From the NCBI GenBank assembly GCA_951406725.2, contig OX597818.1:110298001-110362000 (forward strand): a stretch of DNA of 64,000 nt. Direction: 5' to 3'. Both the position numbers and the translations under genes were made by a program. Origin of the DNA: Octopus vulgaris. Taxonomy: Eukaryota. Below, in pieces: positions 12,763 through 27,959 of the stretch. Within the stretch, counting starts at the first letter, position 1. Each line of letters begins with the position of its first letter. The notes below the pieces were generated by a model, which had not been told where the DNA came from, did no database searches, and saw only the letters and a program-made list of their open reading frames with translations.

Positions 12763-13307
12763 AAATACTGGCCTCGGCTAGTGTCCTTAGCTATCGAAGA
12801 ACTTTTGAACAACCATTCTTATTCCTAATAGATCAGATTTATGTGTCAATGCAATTCTCGTAGTTTCTCGGATCTCATTAAAGAGACTACAGGAAGCAGC
12901 TAACAGAATTTCACAACAATACTCACTCACCGCATACACTACACGGTTAATGCGCAACATAAAACACTGTTATTAGTTTAATGCACTCATCGGCAGAAAA
13001 AAAAAAGCGCCCGGCAGAACTTCCGGAACCGCACGCCTAAACAAGAAAATTCCGTTGGGCAATAGTGACGAACGAAATATACTAACAGGCAGAAGCTAAT
13101 ATACATTCATTTTGTTTTTTTTATAAAATAGAATAACACAAGGTTACATACGATATTGGAGCAGCAGACGATGCCGAATAAGATTCTGATTCCGGATAAA
13201 TACGCGTATAAATATTAATACGCGTTATACATATACATATACAAGTACACACATATGTACACACACATACACACTTACTGTGTTCTAATGTATGTATGCG
13301 AATATGC

Positions 13308-13424
<117 letters not shown>

Positions 13425-13434
13425 TATATATAGT

Positions 13435-13771
13435 GAAGGCGTGTGGCTCAGTGGTTAGAGCATCGAGCTTACGATCGTGAGGTTGTGAGCTCGAATCCCG
13501 GACCGGGCTGCGTGTTGTGTTCTTGAGCAAGACACTTTGTTTCACGTTGCTCCAGTTCACTCAGCTGTAGAAATGAGTTGCGACGTCACAGGTGCCAAGC
13601 TGTATCGGCCCTTGCCTTTCCCTTGGACAACATCGGTGACGTGGAGAGGAGAGGCCGGTATGCATGAGCGACTGCTGGTCTCCCAAAAAACAACCTTGCC
13701 CAGACTTGTGCCTCAGAGAGTAACTCTCTAGGTGCAAACCCATTGTCAGTGTCTGACCGAAGGGGGTCACC
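13435..13771 (+). mobile_element. tRNA-derived SINE family C
   Basis: A box TGGCTCAGTGG, B box GCTCGAATCCC, then tgtgttcttgagcaagacactt..cactcagctg (resembles conserved V/CORE-type SINE central domains); flanked by (TA)n. Confidence 0.75.
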
Positions 13772-14049
13772 ATATATATATATAGATTCCCTCTCTCTCA
13801 GATTTCGCTGTCTTCTCTTCTTGCTCACTTTCCCTCCTCTTTCACTTCACTGTGTCCCTGTTATTTTTTCTCGCCCCTTCTTAATTCTTCTGTCCCTCTG
13901 CCTCTTTCTCTCTCCCCACATGACCGGTGTTCGGCCAAGCCTAATCTTTCTATCTTGGTTCAGCCGCTGTCCGTGCAACATCTATATTCTTCGCCGTGCC
14001 TCTAAAATCTCGTATCCCTGCTGTAAGGCTTTATTTCCACACACGCCAG

Positions 14050-14549
<500 letters not shown>

Positions 14550-14624
14550 CACACACACATATGTATGTATGTATTTATGTATGTATATGTGTATGTATGT
14601 GTATGCGTGTATGTTTGCGTGTCT

Positions 14625-14888
14625 GTGTTTGTCCCCCCACCAACATCGCATGACAACCGATGCTGGTGCGTTTACGTCCCCGTAGTTTAGCGGTTCGGCA
14701 AAATAGACCAAAGAATAAATCCCGGGGTCGATTTGCTCGACTAAAGGTGGCGCTCCAGCATGGCTGCAGTCAAGTGACTGAAACAAGTAAAAGAATAAAA
14801 GAATAAAATATATATAGGCTATAGTAGAAGACTCTTGCCCACGGTGCCACGCAGTGGGACTGAACTCGGAACCATGTGACTGGTAAGT
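14625..14888. mobile_element. SINE A 3' half (+) abutting an inverted SINE A head fragment (-)
   Basis: 14625-14806 matches the family tail; 14817-14888 is the reverse complement of the family head. Confidence 0.75.
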
Positions 14889-15265
14889 AATATATATATA
14901 TGTGCACACGCATGTGTATACGTATATAAACACACGTACCTAGACACATATATACTTACATATATATATATCATTGTATGCGAGATCTATTAATTTTCAT
15001 ATGTCAAATCAGAACATCTCAGTCCAAGATAAGACTTAATCGAAATTCTAGTTTGCGTCCAGATTGCAGTCAGAAAAGGTCAATAAAAACTGACCGCATC
15101 ATTTCTGATTTTCGAACTACTGTTTTCGCAATTATCTAGTCATCATAGATTTGAGATAAGCTAACAAACAGAAACGGTTTTATGAAGATTCCTATCAATG
15201 ATTATCATCTAGATACATATTTTCACTTGAATGCATATCTAAGCCAATTATGAATAACGATTATA

Positions 15266-15300
15266 CAGTCCCGGTCAAAAGTCTAAATGGATGGATAAAA
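15266..15300 (+). mobile_element. Isolated Tc1-like terminal inverted repeat
   Basis: TA|CAGTCCCGGTCAAAAGT resembles Tc1 ends; partner end not found. Confidence 0.35.
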
Positions 15301-15457
15301 ACAAGATTTTTATCCAGTAATTGATGAGAAAGATAAAAAAGAAAGCATGTGTTTTATATAAGATGAGCTCAAAAACTGAAAACAATTCATAAAATCATAA
15401 ACATTAAAGTTATACTTTGTAAAATACTCTTTTCCCAGCAATACGCAATACATAATT

Positions 15458-15900
15458 ATCGTTAGCGCGCCGGGCAAAATGCGTAACAGTGTTTAGTCTG
15501 TCGTTACGCTCTGAGTTCAAATTCCACCGAAGTCGACTTTGCTTTTCATCCTTTCGGGGTCAATAAACTAAGTACCAGTGGCGTACTGGGGTCGATCTAA
15601 TCGAATGGTCCCTTCCCTAAAACTTTCGGGCCTTGTGCCTAGAGTAGAAAATATTTATAGGGCAGCGAGCTGGCACAAACGTTAGCTCGCCGGACTAAAT
15701 ACTTAACAGTATTTCGCCTGTCGTTACGTTCTGAGTTCAAATTCCGTCGAGGTTGACTTTTCTTTTCATCGCTTTTGGGTCGATAAATGAAGTACCAATT
15801 TCGTACTGGGGTTCATCTAATCGACTGGTCCCTTCCCCCAAAATTTTGAGCTTTGTGCCTAGAGAAGAAAAGAATATTTTACAGGGCGGCGAGCTGGCAG
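15458..15900 (+). mobile_element. Tandem SINE family D copies (two plus the start of a third)
   Basis: gttagc..gccgg..ctgagttcaaattcc..gtcgactttg..catcctttcggggtc repeated at 15458 and 15660; head again at 15884. Confidence 0.8.
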
Positions 15901-16452
15901 ATGGACGGCAGGAAAAAGCTAGTTGATTAATGGAAAATTCGCCAATCCACCATATTGCAATGAGCCCTCCTGCAGTACCGTACCCAGTACAGGATTTTTT
16001 CCCAGCTGGAACGCTCGCGGTTGTATTAAATTCTCTTTCTACAATCAGGAACTTTTGTGGCACAACGTCAGCCTCATCTGTCGAATGATGTGTCAACATG
16101 TGTCTGGTGAAATCGAGATTAGCTTTCTAAAGCATATTTTTAATAGACACGATATCATGATTCATGATTTTGATTCCATGAAAAAGTCCTTTTCTCATAT
16201 GAAAATTCCATAAATTTATAAAATATTAACCTTGCTGTGTATCAGAAATGTCAAATAACGGACTAAATTATGAAATACTCTCTGATCGTCCTTATATCAC
16301 AAATATGTAATATAAACTAATTCTGTTATTTGCAAATATCGAGTTGAATATAAAGATTCATAAGTTCATACGTCTATCGAGAGTGTTCAATATTTCCGAC
16401 CGAATCTTTTGCAAGAAAGCAAGAAACCAGTGTGCCCAAGTTTGAGGAAACA

Positions 16453-16737
16453 CAGTTCTATATTTAAGTGATGAGGAATTATGTACATTATTTACATAAT
16501 TTACATTTGACGGATATTTGGCTTCATCTTGTTTGTTGTTAACACAACGCTTCGGTTGATTTGCCCTCCAGCCTTCATCAGGTGTCTTGGGGAAAATTTC
16601 GTACCTGGGTTCTCATTCTTAAGGTATTTTTCGAGGTTATTATCATCATTATTATTATTATTCAGGTCACTGCTCGGAATCGAACTCGGAATTTTGGGTT
16701 TAGTAGTCCGCGCTCTTAACCGCTACGCCATATGCCC
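16453..16737 (-). mobile_element. tRNA-headed SINE-like element with hammerhead motif (family H, copy 1)
   Basis: Minus strand: GGGCATATGGCGTAGCGG (A box)..GTTCGATTCC (B box)-(AAT)n-GACAC CTGATGA AGGCTG..CAACC GAAG CG TT GTGTT. Confidence 0.8.
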
Positions 16738-16759
16738 ATGGAACGGTATAATACTTTAG

Positions 16760-16990
16760 AGGTGAGCTGGCAGAATCGTTAGCACGCCGGGCGAAATGCT
16801 TAGCGGTATTTCCTCTGGCGTTACGTTGTGAGTACAAATTCCACCGAGGTCGACTTTGCCTTTAATCTTTTTGGGGTCGATAAATTAAGTACCAGTTATG
16901 CACTGGGGTCGATATAATCGACTTAATCTGTTTGTCTGTCCTTGTTTGTCCCCTCTGTGTTTAGCCACTTGTGGGTAGTAAAGAAATAGG
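16760..16990 (+). mobile_element. SINE family D with LINE-derived tail and 18-bp TSD
   Basis: TSD ggtataatactttagagg at 16745-16762 and 16989-17006; tail tttgtcccctctgtgtttagcc matches the LINE 3' end at 32811-32860. Confidence 0.8.
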
Positions 16991-17251
16991 TATAATACTT
17001 TAGAGGAAGCGTATAATACTTTAGATTTAATAGGCGTAACTAGACAAGGGAAAACATGCATTTATTTTCTAAGGTTTCAAAGGTAATTCTAGTAAACTGC
17101 AAATTCAGGTGTTATGGCTAATTTGAGGCAACATAACTTTAAAAAATATATATAATTTGTATAATAATTATGTTTGATTATTAGAGCTATATCTCCAATG
17201 ATACTCTATACGGCACACAACATTAATTAGAATCAAATACTATTTTCACAC

Positions 17252-17505
17252 TGGAGGCGCAATGACCCAGTGGTTAGAGCAGTGGACTCGCGGTCGTAGG
17301 ACTGCGGTTTCGGTTCCCAGACCGGGCGTTGTGAGCGTTTATTAAGTGAAAACACCTAAAGCTCCATGCTGAATCTCGCCGAGAACTACGTTAAGGGTAC
17401 ACATGTCTTTAGAGTGTTCAGCCACTTGCACGTTAATTTCACAAGCAGGCTGTTCCGTTGATCGGATCAACTGGAAGCCTCGTCGTCGTAACCGACGGAG
17501 TGCCA
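17252..17505 (+). mobile_element. SINE family B, internally deleted
   Basis: Head and tail match the 11826 copy; flanking attttcaca direct repeat. Confidence 0.8.
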
Positions 17506-17519
17506 CGATTTTCACATTG

Positions 17520-17950
17520 TGGTCCAAGGTCAGAAATTCCGAGAGAGAGGTTAAGTCGATTTCGTTGACCCCAGTCCTTAACTGGTATTTATTTTATCAA
17601 GCCCGAAAAATAAAAGGAAACTTCGAGCTCGACGGAATTTGAACAGAGAACGTAAAGCCGAACGAAATGCCGCTAAGCAGTTTATCCGGCGTGCCAACGT
17701 TTCTGCCAGTTCGCCGTCCTATTAGCACCAAATATTAGTTTGAAATTGTAGAACAAGGCCAGCAATTTTGGGGCAGAGAATAAGTCGATTACATCGATAC
17801 CAGTGCTTAACTGGTAATATATTTTATCGACCTTTTAAGAATAAATGGTAAAGTGGACCTCCGTGGAATTTGAACTCAGCGCGTGCAGACGAACGGAATG
17901 TTGCTGAGTATTTTTCGCGGCGTGTTAACAATTCCGCCACCTCGCCGCCG
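17520..17950 (-). mobile_element. Two tandem SINE family D copies
   Basis: ggaatttgaac..ag..cgt..gc..aac..tt..gcca..tcgcc at ~17635-17716 and ~17866-17950. Confidence 0.7.
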
Positions 17951-18196
17951 TAATTAGGAGCCACTTTTAAGATAGCTCCCGTGGAAGGCTCCTCATTAGG
18001 CCTTGAGCCCAATAAGGACAGTTCATGCATTGAGTATATTTTAAATTTTATTAAACTTAAACAATATCTTTCAAGCAATGAACAATTTTCATCAAAACAA
18101 TGATATAATTTGTCGAACTTATCGCAAAGCTGCATGATAAACAATATTTTTGTCTTCCCATTCAGGGGTCAGTATAATGTTTTTCTGTCTAACCTC

Positions 18197-18607
18197 TTTC
18201 TGTTGATTGTTTTCAGCCATCACCATCACCACTACCATCGCCACCACAACTGCCATACACACACCATTCAGACTTCTGAGGCGACCACCATCAATACTTT
18301 TGACTTTGTCGCCTTCTCCTCCACCACCATCACCACTGTCTTTCACATCGCTTACTATCACCGTCATCCATGACTGACCACCATCACCATCATCACCGTT
18401 GCTTCCGCTTTTATATCACAACTACAGCTCATACTATTACTCTCACCCCATTACCATCACAACCGTCAATCTACTACTGTCTCTATGCCTACTACTACTC
18501 TCACCCTAACACGAGGAATGATTTAGTTGTCATTGAATAGTGAGAGAGGGGGTCGAAGTGTGACACACTGACACACAGAAATTCGTTTTGGCATTTATTA
18601 TTATAGA
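18197..18607 (-). mobile_element. Helitron-like 5' end plus internal (GGT/GAT)-rich body
   Basis: Minus strand starts A|TCTATAATAATAAATGCC..gtgtgtcagtgtgtcac; the body is the segment duplicated at 12225; 3' hairpin/CTAG not found. Confidence 0.5.
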
Positions 18608-18927
18608 TTTATAAATCACAAACGATAAATTATGTTGTGAAAATGCAGACGACGTCATTTAGGAAGGCGTAAATAATTTCTCACCACGTCCAAATGCAAC
18701 AAATCTAACACCGGAAATTTTCATTCTCTTAGATTGACTTCTCTCTCCTCCAACTTGCTTCGACTAACACCTCCCTCCTCCAACTTCCTTAGAATGTCAT
18801 GGAAAATACAGTTTAACAGTTGGCATTGAAAACTTTATTTATATTTATTTATTTATTGCATTAGCAGTAACAAGAAGTCGTGATGGGGAATAGACAAAGT
18901 TTAGCTTAGTTGAAATATTGTTCTATC

Positions 18928-19540
18928 ATATTTTTTATTCTAAAAGCAATTTCACTGCACTTTACTTGCTCGCTTATAGTAAGGGATAAGTATACCGTTG
19001 TCAGATCAGTTGCGCCCTCCTTTGGGTCCCTAGATTCATTTCTGGCTCGTTATCCTCGTTCAGCAGAGGATACCAAAGAGGGGTGACCCTCAGCTGATTA
19101 GTAAACCGCCGTGTCTTTATAATAAATTAGTCAATACTAGTGACTCATTGGCATTCGTTGACCACCCAGTCTGAACAAATACTTGAATTGTAGCGTGAAG
19201 CAATGATGAGAAATAAATTTTAGGTGAGTTCAGATATGCTTGTAACTTTTAAAGGCAATTTCCCTGGAGTTTACCGTGCTAGAAATTTTCGCTTACAGTA
19301 AAGTGTAAATACATCATTTCAGCTCAGCAATACCTATTTTGGACTCCCAGAATCCTACTAAAGAAAGCATAACGAGCCAGAAATATATCTAGTGTCCCAG
19401 TAGAGAACACCACTGAAACCTCAATGGTGTGTTTACACCATTTACCATAAGCGAGCATTTTTCTCCACGGTAAACTGCAGTGAAATTGCCTTTAGAAAGT
19501 AAAATATATTGTAAGCATATTTGAACTAAGGCAAAATTTG
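18928..19540. mobile_element. Composite fold-back MITE
   Basis: 19215-19310 is inverted to 19430-19540; 18928-19055 is a second inverted partial copy (aaagcaatttcactgcactttac; ctagattcatttctggctcgttat vs ataacgagccagaaatatatctag). Confidence 0.65.
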
Positions 19541-19664
19541 TTTACAGCCATTTATTGTATCTTCATTGCGCGTCTACATTGTCTCCTATAACTATTAGCA
19601 GAGTACATGCTGTTGCCATGCCATCCTCGACTGCGAGTGAATGTTATAGCTGCCTACGTGTGTT

Positions 19665-19793
19665 TATCTATCCATCCATCTATCCATCCATCCATCTATT
19701 TGTCTATCTATCTATCCATCCATCTATGTGTCTATCTATCTATCCATCCATCTATCCGTCTATCTATCTATCCATCCATCTATCTATCCATCC

Positions 19794-19890
<97 letters not shown>

Positions 19891-19906
19891 CCTATCTATC
19901 TATCTA
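19665..19906. repeat. (TCTA)n/(TCCA)n
   Basis: Direct reading. Confidence 0.9.
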
Positions 19907-21983
19907 TTTAACCCTCTGTCTGTTTAATCTATCTACCTATGTAAAGACATACAAAATGGCCTGGATTTGGACAATTAACCTTTTTACTTTGGAAATGCGA
20001 TATTTTCACTCGAACTTTTATGACCCTTTAACTGTGAAAAGCAGTTTTATATACCAATCTATCTTTTGTTGAGTAATGCCGTGTTTAAAACTCATTTTTA
20101 TCGATGTATGTCGAGTTTATTGAAGCAATTCCACTTTTCAATTTTGCTTTATAGATATTTAACATCATTACCGGAATTATCATAAAATTTATTTTGGCAG
20201 TTAACAGGTTAAATAAAAAGGCGACATACTGATCGTCGTTCGTATAGAGAATTCTAAAATTATTGCGATTCCTGTCTGAATTGGCGGCAGAAATTAAAAA
20301 GCTAGTGGCAAGTAAAGTGAAAATAAGTTCAAGAAATATAAATTAACTGAAAACATTTTGCTTTAATTTCTTCAAATCATCTTTTCTTCCATTTTAGAGT
20401 CATTAATTACTGCTTTAAGCTAACGAATAAGTTTGTGTTAACCTAAGGGTGATACGAGATTAAAAAAATAATAATGTTTTTTTAAAGCAAGAACATAACA
20501 GCGTAATATTTTGATAAATAGTCAGTGTTATAAGCTAGGATTAGAACTTTAGAGAACATTTTTATCAAGATTCGACAGTTTAGAAGACTGAAAAGAAAAA
20601 AAAATGGCATTAACCGAGAATGATTTTAAAAACTGGAAAATATCAAGTGTTGTTTAGACCTGCTTAAGTGCAGCAACATGATGGATATGTGCTCAGCTTA
20701 AATGGTAATATTTTATGCTACCTAAATAGGTTTCCTGTAATTCCTTGTTCGAAATAAATGGAAATTTTGTAAGCCATGCTGTTAAAGGCGTGATTAAAAA
20801 TAAATCCAATCATTTATGAAGTAAACATTAATGAAATAAAGCGGAAAGATGTTGAAGTGAGCCATCTTTTGTTTTCGTATATTTACGATAAATTTTCTTC
20901 CGCCTTAATAACATAATTTGCCGATATCAGCATATTTTTATTATTAAGCTAAATTGGCATGAATTACGGTCTGTATGTAAATTAATATATAGATAGGCAT
21001 GAATAACTTGATTGGCAGCGAGAAATGGGAAAGAAATAAATATGTTAAGCGTCTTCTATTCCGTCAACCATATTTTTTATTTTATACATACAAATATAGA
21101 ATATAAACATTTCCCTCTCTCTTATTATGAATGTGAAGAGAGAGAGACAGAGACAGAGAGAGAGATCCATACATACACACATGGATGCATACGGACATAT
21201 ACATGAATGCACGTAACAGCCCTTCCAACGAGGTCACGCGAGCGGCTATAAATAGCAGCCAAATCTCGGTTGTATCACATTGCACTGTCTCAAGAAAATA
21301 AGAACATATTCGATATAGATTTGACAGAATAACCATTCCCAGCATTACCGCTTCAAGCATACATACATTCATATTTCTGTCTTTCTTTGTCAAGGAATAA
21401 GAATAAAACAGAGGCGAATGTAATCAGCTTTCTTTTTTCTATATTTGAATGTGTCATGAATGCTGGCGTGAGGCTGTTTTAGTCGTAGCTTCGAATGATT
21501 TGGTCGGCACAGCGCCATTTTAAAAAATCTATACCGCATGCATTATTTCCGATATATTTAAAATATTTAGACAGATATTTTTGTTTCCATAAATACTAAA
21601 TATTTCTTGATAGCCTTTTCAAATAGTAATTGTGTAGTTTTTTTCTTATAACCCATTAGCAGTTCTACTTCGGCATCGCAATAACGTGTTGCTGTTTATA
21701 ACTGTAATTGCGTAAATCCATGGCATTTAACTCGTGACCAGCAGACGACATTATTTAATATGTCCTTCCTGTCAAGAAGATGGAATATATTTTGAAACAG
21801 ATTTTGCTACTGAGTTCCTTCGTAGATGATTATTCTGTGGCATGGAAAAAGATGTTGGATGAACCTCGTTTAATTAGTGTTCCGGTTGAAGCTAATCAAT
21901 TCTTATTAAAAGAGTTTCCTGGTAAAAAAAAAAAGACACGGTACACAAAAAAAAACGAATGAGTAACATTTCATCGCATACTA

Positions 21984-22200
21984 AGGCAGCGAGGTGGCAG
22001 GAGTGCTGCCTTAGTGCTGGACCAAAGGCTTAGCGGCATTTCTTCCGACTTTACGTTCTCACTGCAAATGCCGCCGGGGTCGATTTTACCTTTCATCATT
22101 TCAGGATCAATAAGATAAGCACAAGTTATCGATTGAGGTCGATATAATTAACTATCCCCCTCCACCAAACTTGCTGACCTTGTGCCAAAATTTGAAACCA
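21984..22200 (+). mobile_element. SINE family D, diverged
   Basis: ggcagcgaggtggcag..ggtcgattttacctttcatc..tgtgccaaaatttgaaacc. Confidence 0.6.
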
Positions 22201-22606
22201 ACATTTTATGGAATACTGAAATTGATTTACCTGTCATGTTAAAAATATGGAAGCATCTACGCATATATTCATTCTAGAATTTAGAATCTGTTGTGGAATC
22301 GAGGTCAGTTGCGATATAAATAAAGAAACCAATTTCGAAATATAAACTATTTAACAGGAATTTATTTAAACCTAACGACTGCTGGTAGAATATCTTCTGG
22401 AAAATTGCAGTTATTGGCGATTCCTAAAGCAGAATACCTTTTTGTTTGTCATCCAATGCCCCAGGATCTGTCCCTTTCTCCCACTACTTTTTTTAATTTT
22501 ACCACTTTCCATTCCTCTTTTATGCTTTTACTCTCTTCTCTATGAAAGGAACCAGAAAAACACTCGTCTTAACGAAATATCTTTCAACAACACTGTTCCG
22601 CTGAAC

Positions 22607-22765
22607 TGCAGGAGTAGCTGAGTGGTTAAGAAGCTTGCTTCCCAACCACATGGTTCCGGGTTCAATCCCACTTCGTGGCAACTTCAGCAAGTGTCTCCTA
22701 CTATAGCTTCAGGCCGATCAAAGCCTACTGAGTGGATTTGGTAAGATAGAAACTGAAAGAAGCAC
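22607..22765 (+). mobile_element. SINE family A head
   Basis: gcaggagtagctgagtggttaag..gggttcaatcccac..gaaactgaaagaagc. Confidence 0.75.
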
Positions 22766-22766
22766 A

Positions 22767-23272
<506 letters not shown>

Positions 23273-23624
23273 GTAAACATAAATAATATGAGAGATCACT
23301 ATGTGGATCCCTTGCATGCTAAAAATAGATGTCAAATTATCTTACCACTAAATCTGTGTTCTCAACTTAGTAGCATGCTAGATGTTTACGAGGTAGACAA
23401 ATGAAAAGAAATAAACATAGGAAAAGAGAGAGAAAGAAAGAGAGAGAGAGTGAAAGAAAGAGAGAGAGAGAGAAAGAGAGAGAGAGTGAAAGAAAGAGAG
23501 AGAGAGAGAAAGAAAGAGAGAGAGAGAGAAATGTGTGTATGTTTGCATGTGTGTGCGTGCGTGTGTGTGTTTGTTTGTCTGTGCGTATGTGTGTGCGTGT
23601 GTGTGTGTCTCTGTGTGTGAATGT

Positions 23625-23822
23625 TTGTCCGCAACCACCGCTTGATAAATGGTGTTGGCGTGTTTACGTCTCCATAACTTAGCGTTTCGGCAAATATTAC
23701 CGATAAAGTATCAAACTTTAAAAGAATAGACACTGGGGTCGTCTCATACAACTTAAAATGCTTCAAGGCGGTGCTCCAGCATGGCTGCAACCTAGTGATT
23801 GAAACCAGTCAAAGACAAAAGG
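23625..23822 (+). mobile_element. SINE family A 3' half
   Basis: cgcttgataaatggtgttggcgtgtttacgtc..aggcggtgctccagcatggctgca. Confidence 0.7.
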
Positions 23823-24097
23823 ACATGCCATGCCAATCACTCGACATTGTCTTCTCTTCTCCGTTCTTCCAAAGAATCCTCGCAAAACTGTTTATTTTTG
23901 AAGAAAACTTTGTCTCGGAAATAATTGAGTCGTGTGTCCTGCAGCCATTCTATGAAAATTTCTAACGAGAATAGATTTGGAAACAGGAGTTTTAACAGAG
24001 ATAAGTATTTTTCGCGATTCTGTTCTGTTCAGGAAATTTAATACCTAATATGGTAATTCTAGGTATATTTACTTGTAGTGTTTTTATTTTTATTTAA

Positions 24098-24540
24098 TCT
24101 TTTACTTGTTTCAGCTATTAGACTACAACCAGGAAAAGTTTGTAGTCCAAACAATCGACCCCAGTACATTTTTAAAGCCTGGTACTTATTCTATCCGTTC
24201 CTTTTGTTGAATTGTTGGCTTACAGGGACATAAACGGACTGACACCGGTTGCCAAGCGGTGGTGGTGGTGGACAAGCATAAACACACACACACACACACA
24301 CACAGACACACACACACACACACACACAACACACACACACACACACACATACACACACACACATACGCACACACACATATACGGCAGGCTTCTTTCAACT
24401 TCCTTCTATCAGATCCACTCACACAGCTTTGGATGGTTCGAGGTTATAGTTGAAGACATCGAAGGTACCATGCAGTGGACTGAATCGAGAGGCATTCGGC
24501 TGTGAAATAAGTTTCTTTACCCCACAGCCACGCCTGCACC
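24098..24540 (-). mobile_element. SINE family A
   Basis: Reverse complement of the family consensus with a central (CA)n. Confidence 0.75.
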
Positions 24541-24694
24541 TAGTTTATATGGAATGTTTTCATACTAAAAATTAGTTCCACAGAGTCGCTATAGACTGAC
24601 AAGTAGGAACAATACGGTTATTCTGAGAGATATGATTGGTTTAGTGCTAAGATGGAAGAATTGTCCAGCAGGAGTTTGGTACTACAACATTGTA

Positions 24695-24868
24695 CAGTTC
24701 TATATTTAAGAAATGAGGAATTATTTACATTATTTACATTTGTGGGATATTTGTCCTCATCTTTTTTGTTGTTAACACAACGCTTCGGCTGATATACCCT
24801 CCAGCCTTCATCAGGTGTCTTGGGGAAATTTCGAATCTGGGTTCTCATTCCTAAGGTGTTTTTCGATA

Positions 24869-24936
<68 letters not shown>

Positions 24937-25059
24937 GTTATTATTATTATTATTATTATTGTCATTATTATTATTATTATTATTCAGGTCACTGCCCGGA
25001 ATCGAATTCGGAATCTTGGGGTTAGTAGCCCGTGATCTTAACCACTACGCCATATGCCC
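24695..25059 (-). mobile_element. tRNA-headed SINE-like element with hammerhead motif (family H, copy 2)
   Basis: Same layout as 16453 with a longer (AAT)n; HHR at 24774-24819 with stem II GGCTG/CAGCC. Confidence 0.8.
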
Positions 25060-25851
25060 CTACTTGATGTGTAGTTGATGGGGACCCATCAACTTGTTTT
25101 CCACAACAGAAGAAAATGATTGCCTTTGGCATTCGATTTAGGCTTCCTTATTAAAGAATAACAACAATAAAGCCACAAGTGGAAAGAGGATGTATTCATA
25201 AGTAGCAAATATTTGTTGTTATCGATTAACTACGTAAAATCTAGTAGAGCCGAAGTTACATCTTGTCGAATTAAACCCTGGAACTCAACCGATAGACAGC
25301 ACTGTGAAGATGAATACATTGACCAATATTATAACTGGAAAATAGCTCATTTCAAAATTATAACCGAGAAATCCAAACAAAGGAAACGACAACGGCCACA
25401 AGCATTCAGTAAACGTTTTTTTATAGAAGCTGATTGTATTCATGAAGATAGCTTTCAAACTGTTTGCTAGACACAATGTGTTACAGAACATGTCAAACCA
25501 GACGATATGACGTATTTGTTAGCTCAATAACATATACATCATTTCTCCTTAAGGTACATTCTCATATTCATGTAAAACAACGATATGATTTGTGAGGAAG
25601 ACAATTCGGTCTATTTATCTTTCTTATTTGTATTTTCCATGAATTTACAGCAATCTTACAACATTTATCCTTTTCGTCTTCCGTATTATTTCGCTGCGGC
25701 TGTGAGTATTTGCTTTAGGTGGATATTTCCATCTTTCTTCATTATTTGTTGATAGAGTTAGTTCTGCAGAAGAAAATATTTCAGGTTGGTAAAATTAATT
25801 TCTGGTATGATGTGGAACCATTATCAAGAATATATAAAACCATTTTATATA

Positions 25852-26229
25852 GGCGCAGGAGTGGCAGTGTGGTAAGTAGCCCGCTTACCAACCACATGGT
25901 TCCGGGTTCATTCCCACTGCATGGCACCTTGGGCAAGTGTCTTCTGTTATAGCCTCGGGCAGACTAAAGCCTTGTGGGTGTACTTGGTAGACGGAAACTG
26001 AAAGAAGATCGTCATATGTGTGTCTGTGTGTGTGTGTGTGTTTGTGTGTTTCTCCTCCCAACAGCGCTTGACAACCGATGCTGGTGTGTTTACGTGCCCG
26101 TAACATAGCGGTTCAGCAAAAGAGACCGATAGAATAAATACTAGGCTTACAAAGAATACGTCGATTTGCTCGACTAAAGGAGTTGCTACAGCATGGCCGC
26201 AGTCAAATGACTGAAAGATGTAAAAGAAA
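25852..26229 (+). mobile_element. SINE family A, full length
   Basis: Matches the 7614 and 10381 copies. Confidence 0.85.
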
Positions 26230-27195
26230 TCCGTACAAACAGCCAAAGGAAGCCGACAGCCTTCTTCGCATAAAAAAGTTGTCTCCAATGTGTGATCGCT
26301 CCTTAGTCTTCAAGTTTGCACCTCGCAGTACGCATGTTTCGGTCAATAAGAGTGTAATTTTATGACAGTTTACTATTTCCAGCTATATTGGAGATTATTC
26401 TCACCAACGAAAGCAGCCATTAACTTCTGTCCAGCACGGTCCTCAACCAAAGGTACATACCGTGTATAGCTGTATATACGTAGAGGCGTCATACGAACGA
26501 CAATGAAGCAATTGTATGACGCTGAACCTAAATTTAATTTGGGTGGAATCTATTCCAGTTTTCTTGTCAATGTAGGTGAAAAAATGGAGCCTTTATGATG
26601 TCGATCGCTTTGCTAGAAAGAGAGATCAAATATCAATTCATCTTTAATTGGACGAGACACTGACAATCGCCGGCCCTGATATACAAAAGGGGAATGGACG
26701 GGGAAACCTTTGCGCACAAAACTGGCGCTGAAAAATTAGATTTAAATTATTGTATATAAAAACTGCTACTACCACCACAGCAATAACAATCTGACCTGTA
26801 GTAGTAGTAGTAGAGTTGTTGTTGTTGGTGGTGGTGGTAGGCGTAGTGGTGGTAGTTGTAGGTGTAGTGGTGTTAGTGGTGGTCATGGTAATATTAGTAG
26901 TAGTAGTGGTAGTAGGAAATTTATATTCGTTCGTCGAAGGATAAAGAACAGAGATTGTAAATAATTCAGTTTTGTTGAGTGACAGAGAGAGAGAGAGAGA
27001 GAGAGAAAATATGGGTGCGAGGTTAAAAAATCGATATGTTTCGGTGCGAATTACAACTAAATAATGATATGCTGCTTTGCATGTGAGGTAAATTCCTACG
27101 AAATTATTGTGTATTAAGGATTGCCTAAAATACCTACTCTCTGACCAAGGGTGAAAAAGGCTGTGTGTGTTTATATATATATATATATATATATA

Positions 27196-27831
<636 letters not shown>

Positions 27832-27898
27832 TGATAGATAGATATATAGATCGATAGATAGATATACATATATATGCATATGCATATACGTGTATATG

Positions 27899-27959
<61 letters not shown>

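Noticed and set aside
25170-25520. Possible LINE zinc-knuckle relic (HCEDEYIDQ)
   Set aside because: Too degenerate to support a call
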